37,730 bases of DNA. Origin: Arcobacteraceae bacterium. GTDB lineage: Bacteria > Campylobacterota > Campylobacteria > Campylobacterales > Arcobacteraceae. This document shows positions 28,723 to 37,636 of the stretch, in pieces. The notes beneath the pieces are model-generated. The model did not search any database, was not told the DNA's origin, and saw only the letters and a list, made by a program, of their open reading frames with translations. Position 1 is the stretch's first letter. The number at the start of each line of letters is the position of its first letter. Position numbers and translations under genes: made by a program. The stretch covers positions 1-37,730 of the forward strand of contig JBLWVX010000026.1 of the NCBI GenBank assembly GCA_048268245.1. Reading direction: 5' to 3'.

Positions 28723-29136
28723 TTAATATGTTATTTCAATTATTGGTAGTTTTGAATTGCACTTATAATATCCAATTTTTCTATCTTTATAGTTATTGTA
28801 AAAAATAGCATATTGTTCATATCTTAAAGCAATATTTATTGCTTCTTGAAGCTTTAAATCATATATTAAATACCCATCTTCACTATGGTCATCTAAATAT
28901 CCTCTTGCATAAAGATATTGAACTTCTAACTTTTCTATATCTTTTCTTAGAAGTATATGTCTATCTTGATTTTCTATACAAGATAGAATTTCATTTTGAG
29001 GATTAAATGCTGTAATAATTGTAAAATCTCTTTTAAATAATGAGTTTCTTTTATATTTGTCAAAATCTTTTAGATTAAAAATAAAACTATCATCTATCTC
29101 ATAATAGTTTTGGAAATAAATGTCTTTGTAATCCAT
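28723..29136 (-). CDS. DUF3293-like protein
   Basis: IITAFNP...N motif and EQYAIF. Confidence 0.7.
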   Translation of the reverse strand: MDYKDIYFQNYYEIDDSFIFNLKDFDKYKRNSLFKRDFTIITAFNPQNEILSCIENQDRHILLRKDIEKLEVQYLYARGYLDDHSEDGYLIYDLKLQEAINIALRYEQYAIFYNNYKDRKIGYYKCNSKLPIIEITY

Positions 29137-29147
29137 ATGTAAAGTAT

Positions 29148-29480
29148 CTATTCTTTAGTAGTTTCTATATCTACAAGTTCTACACCAATACAATCTTTTT
29201 TGTTTAGTTTTCTAGCATTTGCATCTTCTTCTGCTAGACTAACTAAATCTGCAAAGTCATCTTTTCTAGCTTCAAACTGATAAAGCTCTTTTTGTGTTTC
29301 TATCTTTAGTTTACAATCATCATTCTTTGTATTTAAAGCTATATTTCTAATACCTTTAGCAAACTCACTTTTAATAACCTTTGCAACTTTTTCATTTGCA
29401 AGTAACTGCTCTAGTGTAACTTCCAAGTTGAAATCAGACTTGCATAATATCTTGTAAGTAACCAAAATCTTACCTTCCAT
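29148..29480 (-). CDS. Hypothetical protein
   Basis: 110-aa ORF with RBS AAAGG. Confidence 0.75.
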   Translation of the reverse strand: MEGKILVTYKILCKSDFNLEVTLEQLLANEKVAKVIKSEFAKGIRNIALNTKNDDCKLKIETQKELYQFEARKDDFADLVSLAEEDANARKLNKKDCIGVELVDIETTKE

Positions 29481-29543
29481 AAAATAAACCTTTATTTTTG
29501 TTTTTTATATTTTAACGAAATCTTTTTGATTGTTTAAATTTTA

Positions 29544-30173
29544 TTACAATTTGTTATGTTTTGACTTTATATTATTAATATGTCTGATGTTTGTTTTGAT
29601 ACCTTTTTTCAAGCTATACTTTTTAACTTCATTCATATACTTTACAACATCTTTTCTTGATAGTATAGGTTTATTAAAACTTTGAATATATGGAACTAAA
29701 TTAGTTACAGTACAAACATTACTTGGAAGTTTGGTTTTAAATTTACTATCTCCTGTAAAAACAACTATGTTTTTAAATATATCATTATTTGTAGAAGTGT
29801 TTAAAGTTTGCTCTAAAGATTTTATATGCTTATAATTTTGATGTAGAGGGTTTTGAAATTTATATTTCTTTTTATATATACTTTGAGTCCAAGTTTTTTG
29901 GTTTGCGTTTCCAAAAATCCAACCTTTATAGTTTTTTACTTCTATAACAAAAATTCCATATACAGAAAATACAATAAGGTCAATTTGTGTTGTATCACCT
30001 TTTTTTTCTAGACTTATATCTTGCATTATAAAGTATTCTTCTTTGTTCAACAAGTTATCTAAAATTGAGTATACATTTTTTTCTCCAATGATTCCTTTTA
30101 TTATTGGTGTTTTAAGTACCAATCCAATAATAACAATAATTATAAATAGAATAATAAGTTCAGTTGCTATCAT
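29544..30173 (-). CDS. NERD (nuclease-related domain) protein with N-terminal TM
   Basis: KGIIGE, TTQIDL, GIFVIEVKNYKGWIFG, FQNPLHQN; start taken at the ATG at 30173 (RBS AAAGG). Confidence 0.9.
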   Translation of the reverse strand: MIATELIILFIIIVIIGLVLKTPIIKGIIGEKNVYSILDNLLNKEEYFIMQDISLEKKGDTTQIDLIVFSVYGIFVIEVKNYKGWIFGNANQKTWTQSIYKKKYKFQNPLHQNYKHIKSLEQTLNTSTNNDIFKNIVVFTGDSKFKTKLPSNVCTVTNLVPYIQSFNKPILSRKDVVKYMNEVKKYSLKKGIKTNIRHINNIKSKHNKL

Positions 30174-30255
30174 ATTTAACCTTTTAATAAAAGTCATTAT
30201 TATATTATCATAAAGTTTTAAATAAATAGTTATATATAATCAAAAAGGATTACAT

Positions 30256-31143
30256 TTGTCAGAAGAAAAAATAAAATTTATATCAACAACTTCATTATCT
30301 AAAAAACATTCAATATCTACAAAGGATTTATTTGGAAAGTTCCAAGATATAGGTTATATAAAAAAAGATAAAGAAAATAAATGGATATTAACTGAAAAAG
30401 GTTTTAAAATAGGAGCAAACTACAAAGAAAATAAACAATATGGCAAATATATAGTTTGGCCAGAAAATATTGATATTTTAGAGAAGAAGAATACTGAAGA
30501 ATTGTTAACTGCAACGAAACTAGGATTACATTTTAAATTATCAGCAAGAAAAATAAATGTAATTTTATCTGAAATAGGTTGGACAAAAAAAGGCATAAAA
30601 GGGTGGGTAGCAACACCACAAGGCTTAAAAAATCAAGCTATTCAATCAGAAGATTTCAAATCAGGCATACCTTATGTACAATGGCCGATAAGTATACTTG
30701 AAAACAAAACTTTGATTTCAACAATAGAAGACATAAGTGGTATAGAAAAAGAATCTGTAGAAGATGATATTAAAAAAGAAACACTATCTTTTAGAGATAA
30801 ATTTGAAGCAAAACATAGAGCAACAGATGGTCATTACACTCGATCAAAAGCTGAAATGCTAATAGACAATTGGCTTTATATGTTTGAAATAGTTCATGCT
30901 TATGAAAGAAGACTTCCTATTGAAGAAGAAGTTTATTCTGATTTTTATATACCAGCTGGAAAAGTTTATATTGAGTATTGGGGATATGAAAATGATGAAA
31001 AATATTTACATAGGAAAAAAATAAAACAAGACATTTATAAAAAATATAATTTAAATCTAATTGAATTAGAAGATAAGGATGTACAAAATCTTGATGATGT
31101 CCTACCTAAGTATTTATTGAAATATGGTATTCAGACTTATTAA
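30256..31143 (+). CDS. Tandem winged-HTH-like domains fused to a PD-(D/E)xK-like nuclease domain
   Basis: Two similar units (STTSLSKK...WILTEKG and TATKLG...WVATPQG); C-terminal RSKAE...SDFYIP...YIEYWG. Confidence 0.65.
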   Translation: MSEEKIKFISTTSLSKKHSISTKDLFGKFQDIGYIKKDKENKWILTEKGFKIGANYKENKQYGKYIVWPENIDILEKKNTEELLTATKLGLHFKLSARKINVILSEIGWTKKGIKGWVATPQGLKNQAIQSEDFKSGIPYVQWPISILENKTLISTIEDISGIEKESVEDDIKKETLSFRDKFEAKHRATDGHYTRSKAEMLIDNWLYMFEIVHAYERRLPIEEEVYSDFYIPAGKVYIEYWGYENDEKYLHRKKIKQDIYKKYNLNLIELEDKDVQNLDDVLPKYLLKYGIQTY

Positions 31144-31274
31144 TAGGTTAGTAGAAAGATTGTATTAATAGTATTAAAATATTAGCAAAAATTCAAGTAC
31201 TAATTAAAAACATTTCAACTTCCAATAGATTTTAGATAAAATCTAAACTATATAAATTTGAGGATATTTTATCA

Positions 31275-32051
31275 ATGGGAAATAATCAACAAAAAAATAT
31301 TGCAATGTTTATTGATTGTGATAATGTTAGTGCAAAATATATAGATAGTATTTTTAAAGATCTATCTCAATATGGAAAAATCACTATTAGAAAAGCATAT
31401 GGTGATTGGTCAAGTAGACATCTTAATGGTTGGGAAAATGTTTTATTAGATTATAGTATTCAACCTTATCAACAGTTTGCTTATACAAATAATAAAAATG
31501 CTTCGGATATTGCAATTGTAATTGATGTTATGGATTCAATATACACAAAAGATATTGATATAGTTGCTTTGATTACAAGTGATAGTGATTTTACTCCACT
31601 TGTTGCTAGGATCTTGTCAGATGCAAAAACTGTACTTGGATATGGTGAAGAAAAAACACCTGATGCATTAGTAAAAGCTTGCTCTCAATTTATCTATGTA
31701 GAAAAGTTTATTCAACTGCAAGAAAAAGGTCAAGACATTGATGATTCTAGTGAATATAAATATGATTTTAAAATCAGTTATAAGGGTAATGATTATGATG
31801 CAAAAAAAGATAATAATTTAAAAAAGTCTCTTCTTGATGCAGTTGAACAAGTATCAGGTGATAATGGGTGGGCTGATTTAAAAGATGTAGGTTTATATAT
31901 CAGTCAAAATAGTTCTTTCTCCCCAATTAATCATGGTTTTAATAAGTTAGGAGCATTAATTAAATATCTTGATATTTTTGAAGTTAGATATATAAATGAT
32001 AATTTAACAATGCTTGTAAAACCTAATAAAAAGGTTTTTGGTAAGTATTGA
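31275..32051 (+). CDS. NYN domain protein with C-terminal LOTUS/OST-HTH
   Basis: FIDCDN, KAYGDW, KNASD, SDSDFTPL, GWADLKDVG...GFNKL. Confidence 0.9.
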   Translation: MGNNQQKNIAMFIDCDNVSAKYIDSIFKDLSQYGKITIRKAYGDWSSRHLNGWENVLLDYSIQPYQQFAYTNNKNASDIAIVIDVMDSIYTKDIDIVALITSDSDFTPLVARILSDAKTVLGYGEEKTPDALVKACSQFIYVEKFIQLQEKGQDIDDSSEYKYDFKISYKGNDYDAKKDNNLKKSLLDAVEQVSGDNGWADLKDVGLYISQNSSFSPINHGFNKLGALIKYLDIFEVRYINDNLTMLVKPNKKVFGKY

Positions 32052-32088
32052 GAATAAAAGTTGATTTAATATACTTGTGATTTATAAT

Positions 32089-32118
32089 AAAACTATAGAA
32101 TTAATATTCTATGGTTTT
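32089..32118. terminator. Hairpin terminator between the NYN gene and the att site
   Basis: AAAACTATAGAA-TTAATA-TTCTATGGTTTT. Confidence 0.6.
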
Positions 32119-32130
32119 TATGAATTATTT

Positions 32131-32150
32131 TGGTGGAGATGTCCGGAATC
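32131..32150 (-). other. Displaced 3' end of tmRNA (ssrA) or tRNA-Ala-like gene; att site of an integrated element
   Basis: Minus strand GATTCCGGACATCTCCACCA = part of the T-loop, T-stem, acceptor strand with U70 and ACCA; the adjacent sequence does not continue the gene. Confidence 0.8.
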
Positions 32151-32305
32151 CAACTCTATCTTCAAAGAGCTTATTTTTAGGGATTTTATAACTTTAAAAA
32201 AGTAACGATATGCCAGTGGATATGCCATTTTGCTTGTACGTTGAAAAATAAAAGGTTTATGTAATTCAATATGAGTCATTTAAAGTCAAAAGTTATACTT
32301 TAAAA

Positions 32306-32923
32306 TTAACTAATTGTTTTATTTAAACTTTTTTGTAGAATTACTTTCATCTTTTCACAATCAGCAATCATACAGTCAATTGATGCTTTTATATAGTCAT
32401 TATTTTCTAAAGTATCTTCATAGTTTATATATTCATATCCATTGAAAGTTACTATCATATCAAAAAATAGCCTTAATGCTCGTCCATTACCTTCATTAAA
32501 AGGATGCAATACATTTAATTCGCAAATATAAAAAGCAAGCTTATCTATAAAATCATCTTTTTTTGATATGTCTTCAAAGTCTTTTAAAAAATTGTCATCT
32601 TTTAACTTTGAAAAAATTTCGTTAGAAAATGATGATAGATTTAAGTATGGACAAAACATACTTTCATCTTTTGATATGTTTACAGTTCTAAATTTTCCTG
32701 CCCAATCATATAATTGAAAAAAGATTTGTTCATGAACTTTACAAAGGTACTTTTCATCAAATTTAATATTTTCATCTAGCTTTGTATGTAGATTTTCATA
32801 AGCTCTAGCTAATAACTCTTTTTCAATCTCAGTTATAACTTCAAGCTCTTTGATATTTAGTTTATTTATAGGAACATCACTATTTTTATAGTAAATGTGA
32901 TTTGAAGGAGGATAGTATTTCAT
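32306..32923 (-). CDS. Fic-domain toxin (adenylyltransferase)
   Basis: Canonical HPFNEGNGRALR motif; LYDWAGKFRTVNISK. Confidence 0.93.
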   Translation of the reverse strand: MKYYPPSNHIYYKNSDVPINKLNIKELEVITEIEKELLARAYENLHTKLDENIKFDEKYLCKVHEQIFFQLYDWAGKFRTVNISKDESMFCPYLNLSSFSNEIFSKLKDDNFLKDFEDISKKDDFIDKLAFYICELNVLHPFNEGNGRALRLFFDMIVTFNGYEYINYEDTLENNDYIKASIDCMIADCEKMKVILQKSLNKTIS

Positions 32924-33057
32924 TATTTAAGTAAAGATAAATATTGTTTTACTTTTTTTAATGTCTCTTTATCTTTAATAGGTTTATAACCCTCAATTTG
33001 ATTTGAAATTGAAGCTGTTTTTAAAGCTTTTTTTCTAGAAAAAGGTGGTTTACTCAT
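32923..33057 (-). CDS. 44-aa Fic antitoxin (VbhA/FicA-like), missing from the ORF track
   Basis: MSKPPFSRKKALKTASISNQIEGYKPIKDKETLKKVKQYLSLLK carries the inhibitory (S/T)xxxE(G/N) motif SNQIEG; RBS AAGGAG; TAATG overlap with fic. Confidence 0.85.
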   Translation of the reverse strand: MSKPPFSRKKALKTASISNQIEGYKPIKDKETLKKVKQYLSLLK

Positions 33058-33216
33058 TTATTAACTCCTTATACAATATTAATATTATACCAGATTATTT
33101 AAATTAAATCTATATCTTTTTTAGAAGTAAAATCTAAATTTACCTATAAATCCTATACATCTAATATTTTGAATATATAGATTCAATTTATGTGACACTA
33201 TTTAAAAAATTAGAGT

Positions 33217-34089
33217 TTATATCTTTATATTATTTAAATCAAGTTCTTTTTCAACTATAAAGCTGTCAACTTCATCAAATTCTTCTTCAACTAAAAAGTT
33301 TTGAACTTCATCAAATTCTTCTTCAACTAAAAAGTTTTGAACTTCATCAAATTTCTCAATTTTAAAAATTTTATTTTCATTTGTTTCTTTATTTTTAATT
33401 GGTTTAGAGGTCTCTTTTTTAAATTCTTTAACAAGTAAAGAATTGCCTTTATTAATAAGCTGATCTTTAAAGGTATTTTTTATATAAAATATTTTTAGAT
33501 TCCTATTTAATAGTTTATTAAATATTGTTTTGTCATAGAAAAATGAATCAAATATTAAATAGATATTTTCGTCTTTATAACAACTTATTAAATATTTGTA
33601 AGTCTTAATTAGGTTTTTTTGATTTTTATTACCACAATAAATAAATTTGTTTTCATTTAATCTTGTCACAATATGTATAAAACCATTTATATATGTTTTA
33701 ACATACAAAATAGTTGTATTATCATTATAACTATCTCTAAGAATGTCATCATTATTTAACAAATTTTTAATTTGATTACCTTTTTTTATTTGTTTTATAT
33801 TAAACCATTTATTTAAATAATCTCTAATAGTTGAAAGAGCTAACTCTTTATTCATTTTTAATTGTATTAATTGCTGAATACTTTTTGGTGACCAAAAAGG
33901 TTGTTCTTTTATATTATAGAAACTTGGCCTATGTTTTATAAGATCAATGATTTTTAATTGTGTTTCTTGTGATAATTTTCCAGTATTCTTTTTTCTTCCT
34001 CTTGTTTCAATCGTAGAATTTGATTGATTAGCTGTTCTTTTTTTATATTCTTCAAAAGTTTCATTTTCTCCAATTTTAATATTACTCAT
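33217..34089 (-). CDS. Winged-HTH protein resembling a degenerate IS630 transposase, with acidic C-terminal repeats
   Basis: RGRK...LSQETQ...RP...FWSPKSIQQLI...LSTIRDYLNKW; IYLIFD remnant; no clear DDE triad. Confidence 0.6.
   Translation of the reverse strand: MSNIKIGENETFEEYKKRTANQSNSTIETRGRKKNTGKLSQETQLKIIDLIKHRPSFYNIKEQPFWSPKSIQQLIQLKMNKELALSTIRDYLNKWFNIKQIKKGNQIKNLLNNDDILRDSYNDNTTILYVKTYINGFIHIVTRLNENKFIYCGNKNQKNLIKTYKYLISCYKDENIYLIFDSFFYDKTIFNKLLNRNLKIFYIKNTFKDQLINKGNSLLVKEFKKETSKPIKNKETNENKIFKIEKFDEVQNFLVEEEFDEVQNFLVEEEFDEVDSFIVEKELDLNNIKI
33232..33353. repeat. 36-bp coding tandem repeat (12-aa unit FDEVQNFLVEEE)
   Basis: AACTTCATCAAATTCTTCTTCAACTAAAAAGTTTTG exact at 33268 and 33304, partial at 33340, degenerate at 33232. 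Confidence 0.9.
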
Positions 34090-34260
34090 TAAATCGCCTT
34101 TGTACCATTATAACTTATTTTATTTTTCCGTTAAGTTCTTTTAAAGTATACCATATAATGGCTATTTACTGATTGATATGAAACAAATATAGAAATTTTT
34201 TTTAATTGTTTTCAGATGATTACAAACTCTGGAAATAATAAATTACTTTAAAGGAAAAAA

Positions 34261-34473
34261 ATGGAAACAAAAAATGATGTTTCTGAGTACCATTTTATTA
34301 GACCCTCACAATCATGGATGTTTGGTATGAGTAAATCTCATCTAATAACATTAATTCAGAATGGAGATGTCCCTTCTTATTTACCAACACCGAAATTGCG
34401 TCTCATAAAAGTTCAGGATTTAATTTCTTACATTGAAAATACAAAGATAGAGGTAAATGTTGATGAAAATTAA
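34261..34473 (+). CDS. Excisionase/AlpA-like HTH protein
   Basis: 70 aa, FGMSKSHLITLIQNGDVPS...RLIKVQDLISYIE; RBS AAGGA. Confidence 0.75.
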   Translation: METKNDVSEYHFIRPSQSWMFGMSKSHLITLIQNGDVPSYLPTPKLRLIKVQDLISYIENTKIEVNVDEN

Positions 34474-34690
34474 ATTTACTCTAATTACAAACACAGAGGG
34501 GTCTTTAAATAAGACCTTCTCTTTAGACCAAAATGGTCAGGTTAAAAAAGAAGCAAATGCATTCCTTTCAAAAGGAACAGCACAGGTTCTTGAAGTTAAC
34601 TCTCTAAGTGAGTTTTATAACATATTGGAAAGCTTACATCCAAGTCAAGCAATAATTTTAGGAGAAATAAATGAACACCAAGATCTATAA
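34463..34690 (+). CDS. Small protein, possibly the N-terminal piece of a primase-polymerase
   Basis: Overlaps both neighbours; start at 34463 fits the RBS GAGGT spacing. Confidence 0.55.
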   Translation: MKIKFTLITNTEGSLNKTFSLDQNGQVKKEANAFLSKGTAQVLEVNSLSEFYNILESLHPSQAIILGEINEHQDL

Positions 34691-35459
34691 TATAGTAAAA
34701 AAGGGACAGGAAAATCCTCCCTTTACTATATCTAGAAGTAATAAATATTTTAAATATCCACAAACAAGTTTATTAATTGCAGATTATGATCCAGATATAG
34801 CAATGCCTAATTATATGGTTATTAAAACACAAGAAGAAGTCTATAAAACATTATCAAAAATTCTTCCTGATAGTTTTAAGAAAGTTGCGTGTTTAGTAGG
34901 TTTTGGATCAAGTTATGGCATTAAAAATAGTAAAGGTGAATTAATTTATACAAGCTTTTCTTTTCATGCTTATTGGTCAAATTCAAATGTTACAGAGGAA
35001 ACGGTTAACAATTTAGTTGAATACATTAAAAGAGCTTGTATCTATTACAATCTTTACTATTTAAAGATTCATAAAGATGGAAGTGCAAGTATGAGATATG
35101 CAATAGATTTAAGTGTTATGAAGTCTGCTTTATCAAGGCTTTGTTTTGAGGCTAAACCAACTTGTAAAGATGGTTTATATCAAGATAAACCACAAAGTTC
35201 TATTTGGAATATGGGTAGTCAAGAAACATTAGATTTATCAAAAGTTTATTATGCTCATCTGCCTGATTGGAAGCCTGTGTATAAGCAGTTAAAGATTGAT
35301 AATCAAGATTTAATTCAACAAACAAAAGATGCTTACAAAGCTTCGAAAGTTAATGAATTAGTTTCTAAAGGTCTAACACAAGAAGTTGCTACAAATATAG
35401 TAGTTAAACAAATTGAAGAGAGTGTAATCTCTGTAAAAACAATAGTAGAGGTAAACTAA
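34671..35459 (+). CDS. Putative AEP-type primase domain protein
   Basis: hhhDhD motif LLIADYD, SFHAYW His motif and IDLSV; lies upstream of a helicase. Confidence 0.55.
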   Translation: MNTKIYNIVKKGQENPPFTISRSNKYFKYPQTSLLIADYDPDIAMPNYMVIKTQEEVYKTLSKILPDSFKKVACLVGFGSSYGIKNSKGELIYTSFSFHAYWSNSNVTEETVNNLVEYIKRACIYYNLYYLKIHKDGSASMRYAIDLSVMKSALSRLCFEAKPTCKDGLYQDKPQSSIWNMGSQETLDLSKVYYAHLPDWKPVYKQLKIDNQDLIQQTKDAYKASKVNELVSKGLTQEVATNIVVKQIEESVISVKTIVEVN

Positions 35460-35460
35460 A

Positions 35461-37173
35461 ATGAGTACATCAATATTACAATTATTAAATAAAACTAATC
35501 AAGACATCTATATTAGAGATGTAATACAGCCAGAGAAAGGAGCTTCTCGGGCTATATTAAGTACAAAACATTTATTTAATGCATATATTTATAGTTATTT
35601 ACATGGTGGTAAAAAGTATAGGTTAGACTTTGATGAAGTTGATATTGAAAGTATTTTAGAACTACATAAAGAAAGTGATCAAATTGAAAAAATTATTGAA
35701 GAACTTGCTGGGTATTTAATGATAAGTAAAAAGCATAAAAGGTTTGTAAAAAATGTTTCAAAATTAATTTTAAAAATTACAAAAGATGAAGAATTACAAG
35801 AACATTTTGAAACTCATTATGATATTAAATCCTTAGAAGACAAGGCCTTTAAATACATGAATTCATATGCTCTAATCCAATCTGGTGGAAAAGTCGGATT
35901 TATTGCAAAAGATAAAGATGTTTTAGAAATCTATAGTAAACATGATTTAAAAATTAAGTTTGAAAACAAAAAGTTAAGAGCCTTATTTAGTAAAAAGATT
36001 CTTAATCCTGTTGATATCTTTACTTCTAGTAAAAATAGAGAAGACTACACTTCTATTGTTTTTAAAGAACCAAGTAAAGTGAAACCTTATGAATACAATT
36101 TATTTAAAGGATGGCCGTATAAGCCAATCAAATCTGTAGATACGTCTTTTTATTGGAATTTTGTGAGACAAGTAATAGCAAATGAAGATGAACTTATATT
36201 TAAGGTAATTTGTTCATGGATGGCTAAAACTATTCAAACACCATTTTGGAAAGGGACAGCAATTGTCATAATTGGCGAAAAGGGCTGTGGAAAGGGAACT
36301 TTTGTAAAAGTATTTGCTTCATTATTTGGACACTATTTTATGGAAAGTGCTGATCCCAAAAGAATTTTTGGATCTTTCAACTCGCATCTTCAAAACTGTC
36401 TTCTTTTATATGGGAACGAAGCATTTTGGAGTGGACAAAAATCTGATGAGTCAAAACTAAAATCGATCGTGACAGATATTGACCATGTATATGAAATCAA
36501 AGGTTCTATGACATATAAAGGAGATAATTATACCCACTTAATCTTAGATTCAAATTCTGATCATGTAGTTTGTGTAACAGCTGATGAAAGAAGATGGATA
36601 ACAACGAAGGCTAAATCTATATATAGAGGTGATTTTGAGTTTTTTGAAAAATTTAATAAGTTAGTATCCACAAAAGAATTTAAAGAATCTTTGATGTATG
36701 ACTTAATGAACTTTGACTATAAACCATGGGAAAGACATTTATATAAAGCTCCTATGACAGAAGCTGTAATGGATCAATTATTACACTCTTTAGATTTATA
36801 TGAACAGTGGTGGTATGATGTTTTAGAAAATGGTTCATTTGGTGAACAGTTATGTAACCTTGATACTGATATGAGTGTTAGAGTTTCAAATGAAGCTTTA
36901 CACGAAAGTTTCAAAAGCTTTTTAAGAGCTAATGGGAAGAAGAACTATGATGCTACTGCAACATTTATTAAGTCAATCAAAAAAAGGTTCTTACCTAATG
37001 AATTAATTATAAAAGAGACAATTAAAAGTCAAGATGGCAAAAATGCAAAGATTATTGCTTCATTGGATAAATGTAGAACTTTCTTTAGCAATAAATATGG
37101 TGTTGAGATTAACTCAGCAATCAATGAATGGCAAGTTAAAACTATGCCTAATTATATGAATAAAGGACTTTAA
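35461..37173 (+). CDS. Primase-associated helicase (DUF5906 / NrS-1-like SF3)
   Basis: YNLFKGW, Walker A GEKGCGKGT, FNSHL, LYGNEA, LKSIVT, SN, DERRW. Confidence 0.82.
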   Translation: MSTSILQLLNKTNQDIYIRDVIQPEKGASRAILSTKHLFNAYIYSYLHGGKKYRLDFDEVDIESILELHKESDQIEKIIEELAGYLMISKKHKRFVKNVSKLILKITKDEELQEHFETHYDIKSLEDKAFKYMNSYALIQSGGKVGFIAKDKDVLEIYSKHDLKIKFENKKLRALFSKKILNPVDIFTSSKNREDYTSIVFKEPSKVKPYEYNLFKGWPYKPIKSVDTSFYWNFVRQVIANEDELIFKVICSWMAKTIQTPFWKGTAIVIIGEKGCGKGTFVKVFASLFGHYFMESADPKRIFGSFNSHLQNCLLLYGNEAFWSGQKSDESKLKSIVTDIDHVYEIKGSMTYKGDNYTHLILDSNSDHVVCVTADERRWITTKAKSIYRGDFEFFEKFNKLVSTKEFKESLMYDLMNFDYKPWERHLYKAPMTEAVMDQLLHSLDLYEQWWYDVLENGSFGEQLCNLDTDMSVRVSNEALHESFKSFLRANGKKNYDATATFIKSIKKRFLPNELIIKETIKSQDGKNAKIIASLDKCRTFFSNKYGVEINSAINEWQVKTMPNYMNKGL

Positions 37174-37174
37174 A

Positions 37175-37636
37175 ATGACAATAAATAATCAAATGACTCA
37201 ATCAGAAATGATTGAGTTAAATTTACAACTATTAGAAAATGAAAGAATTGATACGAAAAATAAGCACACTTTGTATAAATTACTCCCACATTATGTGTCT
37301 TATGTAGATAATGAGCATATTTTATTTTTTAATAAGTATTATGAAGTAGTACTAGATTTTAGTAATTATAATTCACAATCATTTTTTAACCAATTTAACA
37401 AAATAGAGAATGAGGATTACTACAAAGAAGCTGAGAATTTTGATTATCTCTTTATTGAGGCAGTTTTACCTGATACCTCAATCTATTTCTACAACAGCTT
37501 TGAAACTATCTTAAATAAAAAGTATCATAGTGATTATATAAAAAGGGTACGTAAATTCATTGAACTCTTGAATGAAAATAAATGTATCAAAGAGAATGAT
37601 ATGAAATATTTTAGATTAAAAACTAACTACTACTAA
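37175..37636 (+). CDS. Hypothetical protein of the element
   Basis: 153-aa ORF 1 nt after the helicase stop, RBS AAAGGA; followed by the hairpin TTAGAGGGAA-TACTCT-TTCCCTCTAA (37643-37668). Confidence 0.7.
   Translation: MTINNQMTQSEMIELNLQLLENERIDTKNKHTLYKLLPHYVSYVDNEHILFFNKYYEVVLDFSNYNSQSFFNQFNKIENEDYYKEAENFDYLFIEAVLPDTSIYFYNSFETILNKKYHSDYIKRVRKFIELLNENKCIKENDMKYFRLKTNYY

Noticed and set aside
30256..31143. Metabolic kinase annotation for the 295-aa protein
   Set aside because: No nucleotide-binding motifs; HTH-like and nuclease-like motifs instead.
32131..32150. Full tRNA or tmRNA gene
   Set aside because: Only the last 20 nt are present and the upstream sequence cannot complete the T-arm; treated as an att site.
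33232..33353. Mini-CRISPR in the element
   Set aside because: The 36-bp units are contiguous with no spacers and are in frame within a CDS.
33217..34089. Active IS630 insertion sequence
   Set aside because: No clear DDE triad or terminal inverted repeats were seen.
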